NCBI GenBank assembly: GCA_023254095.1 | Contig: JALNLM010000003.1 | Span: 5,477 to 69,476, forward strand | Direction: 5' to 3' | Length of the DNA stretch: 64,000 bases | Origin: Candidatus Geocrenenecus huangii | Lineage (GTDB): Archaea; Thermoproteota; Nitrososphaeria_A; Caldarchaeales; Wolframiiraptoraceae | Shown: positions 1 to 10,088 of the stretch, in pieces | Layout: every line of letters begins with the position of its first letter | Position numbering within the stretch: position 1 is the first letter of the stretch | The notes under the pieces: generated by a model | Databases searched by the model: none | Seen by the model: only the letters and a program-made list of their open reading frames with translations | What the model was told of the DNA's origin: nothing | Program-made: the position numbers and the translations under genes

Positions 1-19
1 GGACCTCGTATTCTTTCTC

Positions 20-349
20 ATGAAGAGAGAATTCGACTCATTTATAGGATACGCCATAATAGACAAAGTTAAAGAACTCGCGGATATAGCCGACCCAGAG
101 GAAAGAGAATTCTGCATCAACAATAGATGGTATACAAAGATAGAGTTTAGCAGGATATACAAGTTTGATAGACATCTCCCCCTCAGGCTCGTCTTCCCAG
201 GACTTCACAAACTCGGGAGAGCATTACATGGGCTTGAATTAAACGACATAGAGGTTAAGAGAATCTTCGACCTCGAGAAGATATGTATGGAAGATGAAGA
301 ACTCTGGAGGAGATATATCGAGCTCGCTGGAAGAACTAGAACATTGTAG
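20..349 (+). CDS. hypothetical protein, possibly 5'-truncated by the window edge
   Basis: The frame is open from nt 2 to the stop at 349, with the first ATG at 20. No motif recognised. It converges on the next gene and overlaps it by 14 nt. Confidence 0.4.
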   Translation: MKREFDSFIGYAIIDKVKELADIADPEEREFCINNRWYTKIEFSRIYKFDRHLPLRLVFPGLHKLGRALHGLELNDIEVKRIFDLEKICMEDEELWRRYIELAGRTRTL

Positions 350-1139
350 CGGATTCTTTCTTCAAACCAGTCCCATAAAGCTTAGGCTTTTCAACGATCT
401 CTTGAACATACTCTATCAAGTAATTGTACATTTTATTCTTTCTAGTAAAGATCAGCGGCATATCTAGACCTGAAGCAAATTCATGAATGTACGGAATCTT
501 CCTAGGCAGGAGATGAGTACGTTCTTTAAGTTTTTCTTCAAATCTTCTCATATCTTCATCATCTGATCTATACATGTTAATTACGGGATTAACCAAGCAT
601 ACGAAGTTTGAATAAATGTTTTCTATCCTATCCTCAAGTACAGATAACTCATATACCTTCGGCTTGATTACATAGACTACATAATTTGAGACATAGCTTA
701 CACAGGCTAAGACGTAATCCATCCACGGCGGAGTATCTATAACCACGTAGTCTAGAGGCGAGCCACCAACAACCCATCTCTCATCTTCGAGAGCCTTCAA
801 GATCCTCTCATCATTCTCAGAATCAAGCACCTCCATCCTCCTTCTCGAATCATCCGATGGATTCGCAGATAGAAAATACAATCTACCAGATTCTAAATTA
901 AAGACTCCGCCAACATCTCTAGCTAATTCATTTAGAGACTTTTCTCCTATAATCCATTCATTAGAATATCCAGAGAAAATATCCGTAGATCTTGTAAGCT
1001 TCTCGATTACAGGGTTTAAGAAGTCTGCTTCAATGTATAATGTTCTACCATGCATTGATAAAATGTATGCTAGCGTCGAGGCCACAGTAGTAGCGCCTGA
1101 CCCACTCCTCGAATGCTGGACAGAAACCACCACAGTCAT
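336..1139 (-). CDS. ParA/MinD-superfamily protein with degenerate P-loop
   Basis: MTVVVSVQHSRSGSGATTVAS..LYIEADF and DYVVIDTPP follow the ParA/MinD Walker A and B layout. The KGGxGKT motif reads RSGSGAT, so both lysines are lost. ATG 1139 is preferred over TTG 1169. Confidence 0.6.
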   Translation of the reverse strand: MTVVVSVQHSRSGSGATTVASTLAYILSMHGRTLYIEADFLNPVIEKLTRSTDIFSGYSNEWIIGEKSLNELARDVGGVFNLESGRLYFLSANPSDDSRRRMEVLDSENDERILKALEDERWVVGGSPLDYVVIDTPPWMDYVLACVSYVSNYVVYVIKPKVYELSVLEDRIENIYSNFVCLVNPVINMYRSDDEDMRRFEEKLKERTHLLPRKIPYIHEFASGLDMPLIFTRKNKMYNYLIEYVQEIVEKPKLYGTGLKKESATMF

Positions 1140-1361
1140 AGAAGTTACCAGTTCTAACCCGAAAAACAAAAACCAGAACTTAAACGTATATCGATAAAAA
1201 TATCACTTTTACATCTGGACAACCTTTATTTGAAAAATAGTTAATTTAATTGATGAGAAGAGTATATCTCCATCTAACAATAAGCTTTTTTATCTGCTTA
1301 ACAAATTTATAAGGAAAGTGCAGAAAATCGGCAAAAATGTTATATACCACCATGATATTGT

Positions 1362-1508
1362 ATGTCTATGCAACTAGAGGAATTTGCGTTAAAAGTAGGA
1401 CTATCTAAAGAGCTACTAATTCTACTATTAATCCAAGCAGCGATAGCAGCAATGCTCGTAACACTGGGTATCGGTATCGGAGAAAAACTCGGAAAAGTGC
1501 CAGGCTAA
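1362..1508 (+). CDS. candidate 48-aa small membrane protein
   Basis: An ATG ORF (MSMQLEEFALKVGLSKELLILLLIQAAIAAMLVTLGIGIGEKLGKVPG) lies in a 344-nt gap. It has one hydrophobic helix and is below the ORF-track cutoff. No clear SD. Confidence 0.3.
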   Translation: MSMQLEEFALKVGLSKELLILLLIQAAIAAMLVTLGIGIGEKLGKVPG

Positions 1509-1513
1509 AGCGT

Positions 1514-2551
1514 TTAGCCCGTCAATTTAACTTCCTTCAATATTTTTTGTAAACCATATTCGAATACGTTTATCCATCCTCTCCTATTATCATATAGGTT
1601 ATAATGGGGGACAAAGTTTGCTGCATACTCCATACTTAAGAAGTCTATCTTTCCTGATATCCCTCTCTCATCGATGTATCTCAACACCTTGTAGAATCCT
1701 ACTGAAGGAACAAACAAGATGGAGTAATATTCTGAATCATCACTCTTCATCTCCAAATGCGTAAAGGGAATATCTAACATCGTTTTTCTAGTATAGCTAT
1801 TGAAGTGAGTCTGAACAAACATTGGCGTGCTTACCAACTCTGGAAATCTCGTCGGCATCCAAAAAAGCATGTATAGATAGATTTTTGATACAATGTTCTG
1901 ATAATGTTTCTTTATCGTCTGTCTAGATACACTCAATCTCCTGGCTATCTCTGAGTAACTAGTAAAGGGGTTTTTATATATTTCTGCAAGAATTCTAATA
2001 TCTAAAGAACTCAATCCATGTATTTGAGTGGGTTCTTCAAGTATTTCTGGAACATCTTCGCTTCTTGATATCTCATCCCAATTCTGGATCCATACTCCAT
2101 CATTGAAGTTGAAACAATCTGCTCTAAAAGGAACTACTCTCCTATACTGGAGCCTCTTAAGGACATATCTCTTCACTATATTTAACTTAACCAGCTCATC
2201 TAGGAAATTGCTGAAAGATTCTTCGAATTTTGGTGATGTTGCGAATAGTGTTAAAAACTTTCTCTCATTTAAAAGATAGGCATAATAGCTCAGATACATT
2301 GATTCACCAAATAGGTCTAGCATTGTAGTGAGATAGTCTGGCCTTACTGAAAATTCCAGCATGACCAAGTACCATCGAAGTCCTAGTTTTCCATGGTTGA
2401 TTGCTGGACGTATAGTAAATCCCAACTTTGGTAATTTTTCCCTCAGGATGTATCTGACTGTTGTTATTGGTACTTCTGTTTCTCGAGATATAGCTGAGTA
2501 TCTTGGACCATACTTCATTAATGCTTCTACAACTTTTCTAGTCTGGCTCAT
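1514..2551 (-). CDS. tandem-duplicated Lrp/AsnC-like winged-helix regulator
   Basis: Two HTH segments (ISRETEVPITTVRYILREKL; LDIRILAEIYKNPFTSYSEIARRLSVSRQTIKKHY) are each followed by a module of about 110 aa. Confidence 0.6.
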   Translation of the reverse strand: MSQTRKVVEALMKYGPRYSAISRETEVPITTVRYILREKLPKLGFTIRPAINHGKLGLRWYLVMLEFSVRPDYLTTMLDLFGESMYLSYYAYLLNERKFLTLFATSPKFEESFSNFLDELVKLNIVKRYVLKRLQYRRVVPFRADCFNFNDGVWIQNWDEISRSEDVPEILEEPTQIHGLSSLDIRILAEIYKNPFTSYSEIARRLSVSRQTIKKHYQNIVSKIYLYMLFWMPTRFPELVSTPMFVQTHFNSYTRKTMLDIPFTHLEMKSDDSEYYSILFVPSVGFYKVLRYIDERGISGKIDFLSMEYAANFVPHYNLYDNRRGWINVFEYGLQKILKEVKLTG

Positions 2552-2676
2552 ATGGCTGCCACTTACTGTTTTACAGGAAAATTATGCTTGATTTAAACTT
2601 TTGTTACATGTATTTTCTGAAGACGTATTAACTAGGAATGCTTGTTTCTGTACATTAGCTGACTACGTCGTTCTAA

Positions 2677-5538
2677 TTATTGAAATCTCTTCTGTAATGC
2701 TTTCTTTTCTGCTTCTATGATTAATTCTACTAATCTTAGACTCTCCCTGTTTTCCTCCTTCAATATGTTTACAACTTCTTTAAGTGTTAGCCCTCTCGCA
2801 GATAAGACGATCACAGCTGTTCTTCCATACTTCTGGACGAGTACGGAGTTTCTCTTAAGTTCCGCAAGTATCCTTCTCTCTTTCTTGTTTATCGGCCTCC
2901 CTTTCCTCGCGATCAATCCCAGAATATCTTCAAGCTCACATCTAGCTACTCCAATCCTATCTGAGCCGCAGACTGGGCAGGCAGGCTTCTCATCCACATC
3001 CTTGACATAGACTTTCTTGTAATATTCAAAGCATTCCGTACATACTTGCATCCAAGATTCATAGAGAAGTCTAGTCTTAACTGAAGTCAATACCAGTTTC
3101 TTCATGCCTTCACCTGTCGTTATCTCACCTTCATGCTCAAATCTTGAAAGAGTTAGCCTAGCAAGCGGAGAAGGCTTAGATAAAAGGCCCCTCCATATCT
3201 TTACTTCAACGCCTCCTTTAATAACATCTTCTAGAAGCTTCTTAGCGGCATCAATATCGAAGTCGTGAAATAGAGTGTAATTCAATGCTTCCCTATAAAC
3301 TACTGTATTCTTCAATGTTTCAGCAAACTGACTCAGGTTTAAGTCAGTTATGCTTGCTTCACTCTTTATTACCCCCATCTTCCTGGCCACATGGATAAGC
3401 CTACGCTTAAACAAAGTAGAAGATTCTACAGCTCTCCTAACATTTTCTTCGAATTCTCCTTCAAGCAGTTCTCGAATAGCTTCAAGAACCATCTCTCCTA
3501 CGAGATGCTTGGATCTGAGCATTATTCTGTATGGGTTTTGCTGACCATGTATAGGTGCTCCAATCTTCTCAGACAAGTAGTAGGCTAGAACCTTCTGTAT
3601 CGTTCTATTTGCTTTAAGCCCCCCATGTATATGTAGGATAACGTATGGTTCACATATCTCAAGTAAGACTAGCCTATCAGATGGGACGGGTATATCTTCC
3701 TCCAAGTGTTCTTCGACTTCCTTGAAAGCCTTGAAAATAACATCAAAGCCTACACCATATCTTTCAGCTATGTCCTCAACGATCTTCTCAGGATCTTCTC
3801 CCATAGTTCTTCTCACTGCATACTCTCTCCTAAGAGCCCCTACCTCCTGTGCTACTTCGAAGGGTACAGGTATTTCGTCTCCAACCCAGCTCGGTACAGC
3901 GCCTTCATAATCATCTAGAGCTGAGACATATATTCTATCTCCTTCAGTATGCAGTATCTCCCAAGCTCTACCCGTTAATATGAATCTCGTCCCGGGCTCA
4001 CCGTATTCAGCCACAAACTCTTCATCCAATATCCCAACAGATTCTCCATTCTTCTCATCGATAACCAGATACTGGTGTTCTTCTGGAATCATCGACAGGT
4101 TGGAGAAGTAGTAGTCGTACAGCTCCATGCTTCTCCTAGGCTTTAAAACCATGGTGTCCCTGACCTCGACGATCCCCAGGGAAGACATGTGCTGTAAAAC
4201 ATTCATCAACTCATCCATCTCTAAGTCTTTGAAGTTGTACGACCTCCTAAGTATCGAGGCTATATTATCTATGCCGATCTTGTTATATTCTATGGCGAGG
4301 CCTGCGACCTGATGCATTAATACATCTAGAGATTCCGTTGGTATCGCAGCTTCTTCTAATTCTCCGATTCTAGCTCTCCTAGTAATGACTATCGACTCCA
4401 ATGCATCATCTGAATCCATAACAATTACTATTCCCTTAGCGGTTTTCCCAAGAGAGTGGCCGCTTCTGCCAACTCTCTGAACAAGCCTAGTAACCTCCCT
4501 AGGAGAATTATACTGAATACATAACTCTATTCTTCCAACATCTATCCCAAGCTCTAAAGATGATGTACATATTATGCCAACTAGCTCTCCACTCTTTAAA
4601 CCATGTTCAGCAGTAATCCTAGTTGACTTCGACAAGGATCCATGATGTATTCCCAGGGGTACATGCTGATCCCATAATCTAAACCTGTTAGTAAGTATCT
4701 CAGCCAACGGCCTAGTATTCGTAAAAATTAATGTTGATTCGTGTTCTTCTATTAGTTTCTTAATTGTTTTAAGTCTTGAAGCAACCTCTGGGAGAACTCC
4801 GAGCTTTTCAGCTAAGCTGTAGTCTTCACTGATTGGGGTCGGGTAGACCACATCGATATACATGCTCCTGTTTACTGAAGCATCGATTATCTCACATTCT
4901 CTACTCACTCCTACAAGATACTGTGCTACTTTCCCCGGGCTCCCGATAGTTGCGGAGAGCCCGATCCTCTGGAAATCTGTCCCCGTTATCAATCTAAGCC
5001 TCTCCAAGGCTACCGATAGCTGTGCACCTCTCTTATCTGTTGCAAGCTCGTGAACCTCGTCAACGACTACCCACTTTACGCCCCTTAAATAGTTCCTGAA
5101 AACTTTAGCGGTGAGAATAACTTGAAGTGTTTCAGGAGTTGTTATCAGTATGTCAGGTGGAGAGATAGTCTGTATTCTCCTCTCACGGGATGCCGTATCC
5201 CCGTGCCTAACAGCTACTCTAAGATCTAGTTTCTGAGCCCACCAGTCAACTCTGTCAAGCAGATCCCTATTTAATGCTCTAAGAGGAGTTATGTATAGAA
5301 GTCTTATACCATGGCCTCCGCCTTCGACAAGCATTTTACTCAAGATTGGGAGGAGAGCAGCTTCTGTTTTCCCCGAGCCAGTCGCAGCCATCAATAAAAT
5401 ATTCTTTCCCTCGATAATTCTAGGAATAGCGTATAGTTGCGGGGCGGTGAGATGCTGGAATCTTTCCTTAAATGCTTTGACTACAGGTTTAGCTAGCATT
5501 TCTAAGACTTCTTCATCATCAATCGGCAGTATACTCAT
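2677..5538 (-). CDS. lhr: Lhr-type large DEAD/DEAH-box helicase
   Basis: 953 aa with Walker A AATGSGKT, motif II DEVH and motif III SAT. It has the long Lhr-like C-terminal region with a CxxC..CPVC zinc ribbon. Confidence 0.9.
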   Translation of the reverse strand: MSILPIDDEEVLEMLAKPVVKAFKERFQHLTAPQLYAIPRIIEGKNILLMAATGSGKTEAALLPILSKMLVEGGGHGIRLLYITPLRALNRDLLDRVDWWAQKLDLRVAVRHGDTASRERRIQTISPPDILITTPETLQVILTAKVFRNYLRGVKWVVVDEVHELATDKRGAQLSVALERLRLITGTDFQRIGLSATIGSPGKVAQYLVGVSRECEIIDASVNRSMYIDVVYPTPISEDYSLAEKLGVLPEVASRLKTIKKLIEEHESTLIFTNTRPLAEILTNRFRLWDQHVPLGIHHGSLSKSTRITAEHGLKSGELVGIICTSSLELGIDVGRIELCIQYNSPREVTRLVQRVGRSGHSLGKTAKGIVIVMDSDDALESIVITRRARIGELEEAAIPTESLDVLMHQVAGLAIEYNKIGIDNIASILRRSYNFKDLEMDELMNVLQHMSSLGIVEVRDTMVLKPRRSMELYDYYFSNLSMIPEEHQYLVIDEKNGESVGILDEEFVAEYGEPGTRFILTGRAWEILHTEGDRIYVSALDDYEGAVPSWVGDEIPVPFEVAQEVGALRREYAVRRTMGEDPEKIVEDIAERYGVGFDVIFKAFKEVEEHLEEDIPVPSDRLVLLEICEPYVILHIHGGLKANRTIQKVLAYYLSEKIGAPIHGQQNPYRIMLRSKHLVGEMVLEAIRELLEGEFEENVRRAVESSTLFKRRLIHVARKMGVIKSEASITDLNLSQFAETLKNTVVYREALNYTLFHDFDIDAAKKLLEDVIKGGVEVKIWRGLLSKPSPLARLTLSRFEHEGEITTGEGMKKLVLTSVKTRLLYESWMQVCTECFEYYKKVYVKDVDEKPACPVCGSDRIGVARCELEDILGLIARKGRPINKKERRILAELKRNSVLVQKYGRTAVIVLSARGLTLKEVVNILKEENRESLRLVELIIEAEKKALQKRFQ

Positions 5539-5697
5539 CCATCTATATTCCTCGTCAATGCTAAACTTAAAGGTAGCTTAAAAATACTCTATTAACACTC
5601 ATATTAGATGCTCCTAATCTTTAATGAGGTAAAATGTGTTTAACCTCTGAACCCGCATGGATAACCTATTTAAATCCGATGGGAAAATCGGGTTTCC

Positions 5698-6582
5698 TCA
5701 ATCTTCCTCTCCTACTTTATACAGCTTCCACAGTGTATCTCTCATAGATTCTAGGGATTGCTCAGGCAAGCCCATGTAGGAGGCCGCTGTCTTAATCTCC
5801 ACCATGTCTCTTACCTCTTCTAAAAAATCTTTCAACTTGATTCTCCAATCTCTATCTCTCGCTAGATGATGATCTAATATCAATGTTTCAACACCCGTCT
5901 TCTTTATTATCTTCTTAAGATTTCTCATCGATTTTTTGAGGTCTTCTTTCGAGTACTTGTCTCCAAGCATGTATGTCATCGGCCCATCACATACTACTAT
6001 CTGAGGCATGTTTGAAATAATGAATCTAGCTTGTTCTTCTACAACTATCCCCTCAACGTCAGATGTATGGATCACTGTCTCCCCAGCTTCATGCACCATC
6101 ACCTGAAGAACGTAACCTAACCTTGAATCATTTCCATGCTGTAAAGGCTCTGAAAAAGCTAGCCTGCATCCGCCGAACACCAACTCTCTACCATCTACTA
6201 CTTCAACATCTGCGTCAACCTTTTTCAAATTTTCTAAGAAGATCCCAGCCCTCATCCTCTGACTATAATTGATGTTGTGATGTGGATCCTTAATCAAGAT
6301 CTTCTTCCTGGAAAGCCAACTTATGTCCTCTCCTGGTCTAGGTATATGGTCATAATGATAATGTGTAACAACTATTATATCTGATTCTCTCGCCATATCG
6401 GAAATCCTTTCTTTGTGTTCCTTAAGTTTCTCATATTCTATCGGATGAGGTGGGAGACCATATCTCCTCGGTCCAAGCGCTGACCCTGGATCGATTAAGA
6501 TACTAGTAGACTTGGTGGCAATATACGTAGACATACTCCTAGTACCCAAGCTATCAAAAGCTATCAACCTAACCTCCACCAT
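5698..6582 (-). CDS. metallo-beta-lactamase-fold protein (UPF0282-like)
   Basis: Carries the HxHxDH motif (THYHYDH). The N-terminus IAFDSLGTRSMSTYI..DPGSALGPRRYGLPPHP is typical of the archaeal UPF0282 family. Confidence 0.8.
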   Translation of the reverse strand: MVEVRLIAFDSLGTRSMSTYIATKSTSILIDPGSALGPRRYGLPPHPIEYEKLKEHKERISDMARESDIIVVTHYHYDHIPRPGEDISWLSRKKILIKDPHHNINYSQRMRAGIFLENLKKVDADVEVVDGRELVFGGCRLAFSEPLQHGNDSRLGYVLQVMVHEAGETVIHTSDVEGIVVEEQARFIISNMPQIVVCDGPMTYMLGDKYSKEDLKKSMRNLKKIIKKTGVETLILDHHLARDRDWRIKLKDFLEEVRDMVEIKTAASYMGLPEQSLESMRDTLWKLYKVGEED

Positions 6583-6730
6583 CTCTCAGCATAATAGATG
6601 CCCAGGTTTATCGATTAAAACATTTCATCTATAAACTCTAACCGATAATAGTTGTAACAAAGATGTAAGCTCTAATTCATAATCGGATAAGTGAAGCAAG
6701 ATAATATAGGAGAGCCCGCAAGCATCTTTA

Positions 6731-7630
6731 GTGAAATCAAGTATGGAGTTCCAGAGATTTTGCTATAGCGAGTTCCGTGACTACATGGTTTACCTAGCTC
6801 TCTTAAGATCCGAGAGAGACCCTAATAGGAAAGAGATCCTGAAGAGGATAGCATCTCAAGAATATGAACATTATCTATTTTGGAGAAAACTTTCAGGCGA
6901 ATGCATTACAAAAATCAGCAGGATCCACATATACACAATATTATTGGTTAGGATTATTTTCGGCTTAACTTTTACTCTTAAGTTACTAGAGGGCCACGAA
7001 TCGAAGACAATAACAGAATACAGAAAAGTTATGGAGAAATTCGTGGAAGACGAACATAGGAGAGAATTAGAGATGCTGATACAAGATGAGATAGAGCATG
7101 AAAGATATTTCATGAATCAGATCGATGAGAAAATACTAAGGTATACTGGCTTCATCGTTCTAGGTTTAGCGGATTCAATAATCGAGATCACGGGTGTTTA
7201 CGCAGGTTTCCTAGGTGCTACGAGCTCAACTACTGTGGCCGGGATCGCTGGACTATTAGTCGGATTCGCCGCCTCTATCTCTATGGCCGCCGCATCCTAT
7301 CTTCAAGCCAAGGCTCAAGAATCCATGAAAAGCTCTCCGATACTCTCTGCACTTATTACAGGTCTAACGTACATAGGGTCTGTTGGAGCTCTTTCTACAC
7401 CGTACTTCTTGCTGAAGAACATTCTACATGCATTCATAACTTCTGTCTCTATAGCTATAGCTTTGACGTTCGTCTTCACGTTCTATACATCAATTGTAAA
7501 CGAAAAGAAATTTTCGAGAGAACTCATCGAGAGCGTATTCCTGATTTTAGGAACTGGTCTAGCAACTTACTTGTTTGGAGAGTTTTTAGGGGAGATATTC
7601 GGCATCAAGGAAAGAATCCTACTAGGATAA
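6731..7630 (+). CDS. VIT1/CCC1-family iron transporter with N-terminal ferritin-like domain
   Basis: ExxH pairs (EYEHYLFW, EIEHERYF) are followed by the glycine-rich TM helices of the VIT1 fold. GTG 6731 or ATG 6743 could be the start. Confidence 0.8.
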   Translation: MKSSMEFQRFCYSEFRDYMVYLALLRSERDPNRKEILKRIASQEYEHYLFWRKLSGECITKISRIHIYTILLVRIIFGLTFTLKLLEGHESKTITEYRKVMEKFVEDEHRRELEMLIQDEIEHERYFMNQIDEKILRYTGFIVLGLADSIIEITGVYAGFLGATSSTTVAGIAGLLVGFAASISMAAASYLQAKAQESMKSSPILSALITGLTYIGSVGALSTPYFLLKNILHAFITSVSIAIALTFVFTFYTSIVNEKKFSRELIESVFLILGTGLATYLFGEFLGEIFGIKERILLG

Positions 7631-7679
7631 TTTTTGAAAATAACATATGTTTAGTTATCATGAAACAATATTACATTCA

Positions 7680-8405
7680 TTATTCTCCTTGATGTTCTCC
7701 ACACAGCGGGCAATATATCGAGTCGAAAGGTATAAAACCACCACAACTCTTACATTTCTTCAATCGTTCTTCTAATGGGGCAGCTTCCTCCACGGTCGAG
7801 ACTTCTCCTGCTTCCTTCTCTTCTTCTATCTCTTTGACTAATTCTTTCAATATATCCAGCTCAGGCTCATGCTCAACTTCAGAGACCTTGCCCGATCCAA
7901 CCACCTTTACAACCTCTTCTGCAGCAACTTCTACAGGTTTTTCTTCTACTTCATGTTCTTTAACAGCTTCTTTCTCCTCTAATTCCAGTTTTTCTTTTCT
8001 TTCCTCTATTATCTCTTTTCCTACTTCTTCTTTAACGGTTTGTGGTACAGGTTTAACTATTGTTAAATAAGCTAAAGAGAACAACGCAGCCGTAACAGGT
8101 GGTAGTAGGATCAAGTAGTATGGTAATGCTCTTTGAAGTACAGTAATTCGAAAGACGTTGAAAGTTATGTAAGGTGTTAGTAACCCTAAGACCCCTCCTG
8201 TGATGGATGCTAAGATGGCTCTACTCTTGCTCCGAGTTATTAATGCTGAAGCTATTCCGACTACGGCGCCTACAGTTAATAATACGAAGATATCCAGCAT
8301 CAAGCCTGGAAGAAGCAGTAGAGCTAGGTAATCATACATTAAGATAGGTAGTAGGAGCGAAATAAAATATGCCAGCACGCCTGCGACTAGCGTGTTTAAT
8401 CTCAA
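7680..8405 (-). CDS. membrane protein with E/K-rich linker and C-terminal zinc ribbon
   Basis: Four N-terminal TM helices, an acidic coiled linker, and CKSCGG..YCPLCG at the C-terminus. Confidence 0.6.
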   Translation of the reverse strand: MRLNTLVAGVLAYFISLLLPILMYDYLALLLLPGLMLDIFVLLTVGAVVGIASALITRSKSRAILASITGGVLGLLTPYITFNVFRITVLQRALPYYLILLPPVTAALFSLAYLTIVKPVPQTVKEEVGKEIIEERKEKLELEEKEAVKEHEVEEKPVEVAAEEVVKVVGSGKVSEVEHEPELDILKELVKEIEEEKEAGEVSTVEEAAPLEERLKKCKSCGGFIPFDSIYCPLCGEHQGE

Positions 8406-8545
8406 CTTTTTCCAACATATTTTCCGAAGAACAACTCTTTAAATGTTTCCATAATCATTGAAATAGCGAATCTCATAGGACTTCTCACATATTCTAGCGG
8501 TATTTCCCGATAATTATCATTTCAAGAAGTCGGAAAGCAGTTCAC

Positions 8546-9937
8546 TTACTCACTATAATAAACTCCTATTACGATGTCTCCTACGTTGGTGCCCGTTGGA
8601 CCAGTAATCACGTGTCCTCCTACATGTTTAAAGAATTCATACGAGTTATTATCCTCAAGATATGCTATGGGGTTAAGCTCCTTCTCTACGGCTTCTCTGT
8701 ATGTTTCATCGTCTACTATCGCTCCTGCCGCGTTCGTTGGACCATCAACCCCATCAGTCCCAACACTAATTAAACAAGAATAAGCTAAACCGCTGATGTT
8801 CATAGAAGCCGATAATGCTAGCTCCTGATTCCTCCCTCCTATGCCGTGGCCTCTCACCCTTACCGTCGTCTCTCCACCACATATTATCGCAGTCTTCTTC
8901 CTTCTACTTGCATGCTCCTTCAGTACGGAGGCTAGAAATCTACCTATCTCAGAAGCTTCTCCCTCCATGTATCGCGTCAATACTCTTACAGGATAGTTTC
9001 TTTGAATTAGATGTCTACGAGCCGCTTCACATACATCGGATATGTCTGCAATGATTATGTTCTGAACCATTTCGAATATAGGGTCTCCGGGCTTAGGATT
9101 CTCATCCACTATTCCATTCAATCCATCTTCTATCCTCTTTCTAACACTTTCTGGTATCTTATCCCATAGATTGTATCTCTTCAAAACTTCGTAAGCATCT
9201 CTGAACGTGGTTGGGTCAGGAGCTGTTGGACCTGAACCTATCGCTTCAAGTTTATTTCCAACAACATCCGATATTATTAATGAGACTATCTTGGCGTTGC
9301 CAAGCTTCTTAACCAATCTGCCACCTTTAATCTCTGAAAGATGTCTTCTAACGATGTTTATCTCATCTATTGTTGCTCCACAATTTAATAGAAGCTTCGT
9401 TGTTTGTGCTTTATCTTCAAGCGTGACTGGAGAGGCTGGAAGAGGTATTAGAGCAGACGCCCCACCTGAGAGTAGAAAGATTACAAGGGTTTCAGAGTCT
9501 ATTGAGCTAGCATATTCTAACAACTTCTCCGATGCTCTCACCCCAAGCATGCTTGGGATAGGGTGAGTAGAAGGAAGAACATCGATCTTCTCCAGTCTGG
9601 CCTTGGACGCTACTTCTCTAGGCGCAACTATTATTCCTGAATCTATCTTGTCAGAAAGTATCTTCTCTATGTATTCAGCCATACCTATAGATGCTTTCCC
9701 AGCACCTAGGACTACGAATCTCTTGAAGTCGTTCAAATTATATCTCGTCTTATCTACAATCAACAGACTCCGAGTTCTCTTCACGTATCTTCTTAAAGCA
9801 TTCTGGGGCAAAACTTCTTTTACAGCTTTTTCCACTGCTTCCAGCATATCTCTTCTAATGCTCGATAGAACCCCACTTCTAGCATTAACCAGTTCGTCAA
9901 GATTCTTGATCAGCCTATCCATCATTACATTATCCAA
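8546..9937 (-). CDS. glycerate 2-kinase (MOFRL family)
   Basis: 463 aa with VLGAGKASIGMA near the N-terminus and a C-terminal MOFRL-like GTDGVDGPT..TGPTGTNVGD. Confidence 0.8.
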   Translation of the reverse strand: MDNVMMDRLIKNLDELVNARSGVLSSIRRDMLEAVEKAVKEVLPQNALRRYVKRTRSLLIVDKTRYNLNDFKRFVVLGAGKASIGMAEYIEKILSDKIDSGIIVAPREVASKARLEKIDVLPSTHPIPSMLGVRASEKLLEYASSIDSETLVIFLLSGGASALIPLPASPVTLEDKAQTTKLLLNCGATIDEINIVRRHLSEIKGGRLVKKLGNAKIVSLIISDVVGNKLEAIGSGPTAPDPTTFRDAYEVLKRYNLWDKIPESVRKRIEDGLNGIVDENPKPGDPIFEMVQNIIIADISDVCEAARRHLIQRNYPVRVLTRYMEGEASEIGRFLASVLKEHASRRKKTAIICGGETTVRVRGHGIGGRNQELALSASMNISGLAYSCLISVGTDGVDGPTNAAGAIVDDETYREAVEKELNPIAYLEDNNSYEFFKHVGGHVITGPTGTNVGDIVIGVYYSE

Positions 9938-10088
9938 GTCGCCTATCCAACAAATAAAGATAACATTTTCTAAATAAATCGATGAACGCTTGTGAGGAAA
10001 GTTTTGGATTGATGCCTTTCAATAACCGAACGTAGTAATATACTGAGATAGATGTAAATATATGTAATGTATTGATATACGAAGTAGA

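Noticed and set aside
5672-5695. A 9-bp hairpin (AAATCCGAT-GGGAAA-ATCGGGTTT) just after the MBL gene stop.
   Set aside because: It is a small stem containing a G-U pair, and intrinsic hairpin terminators are not the norm in archaea. It is noted only as a possible transcript-end structure.
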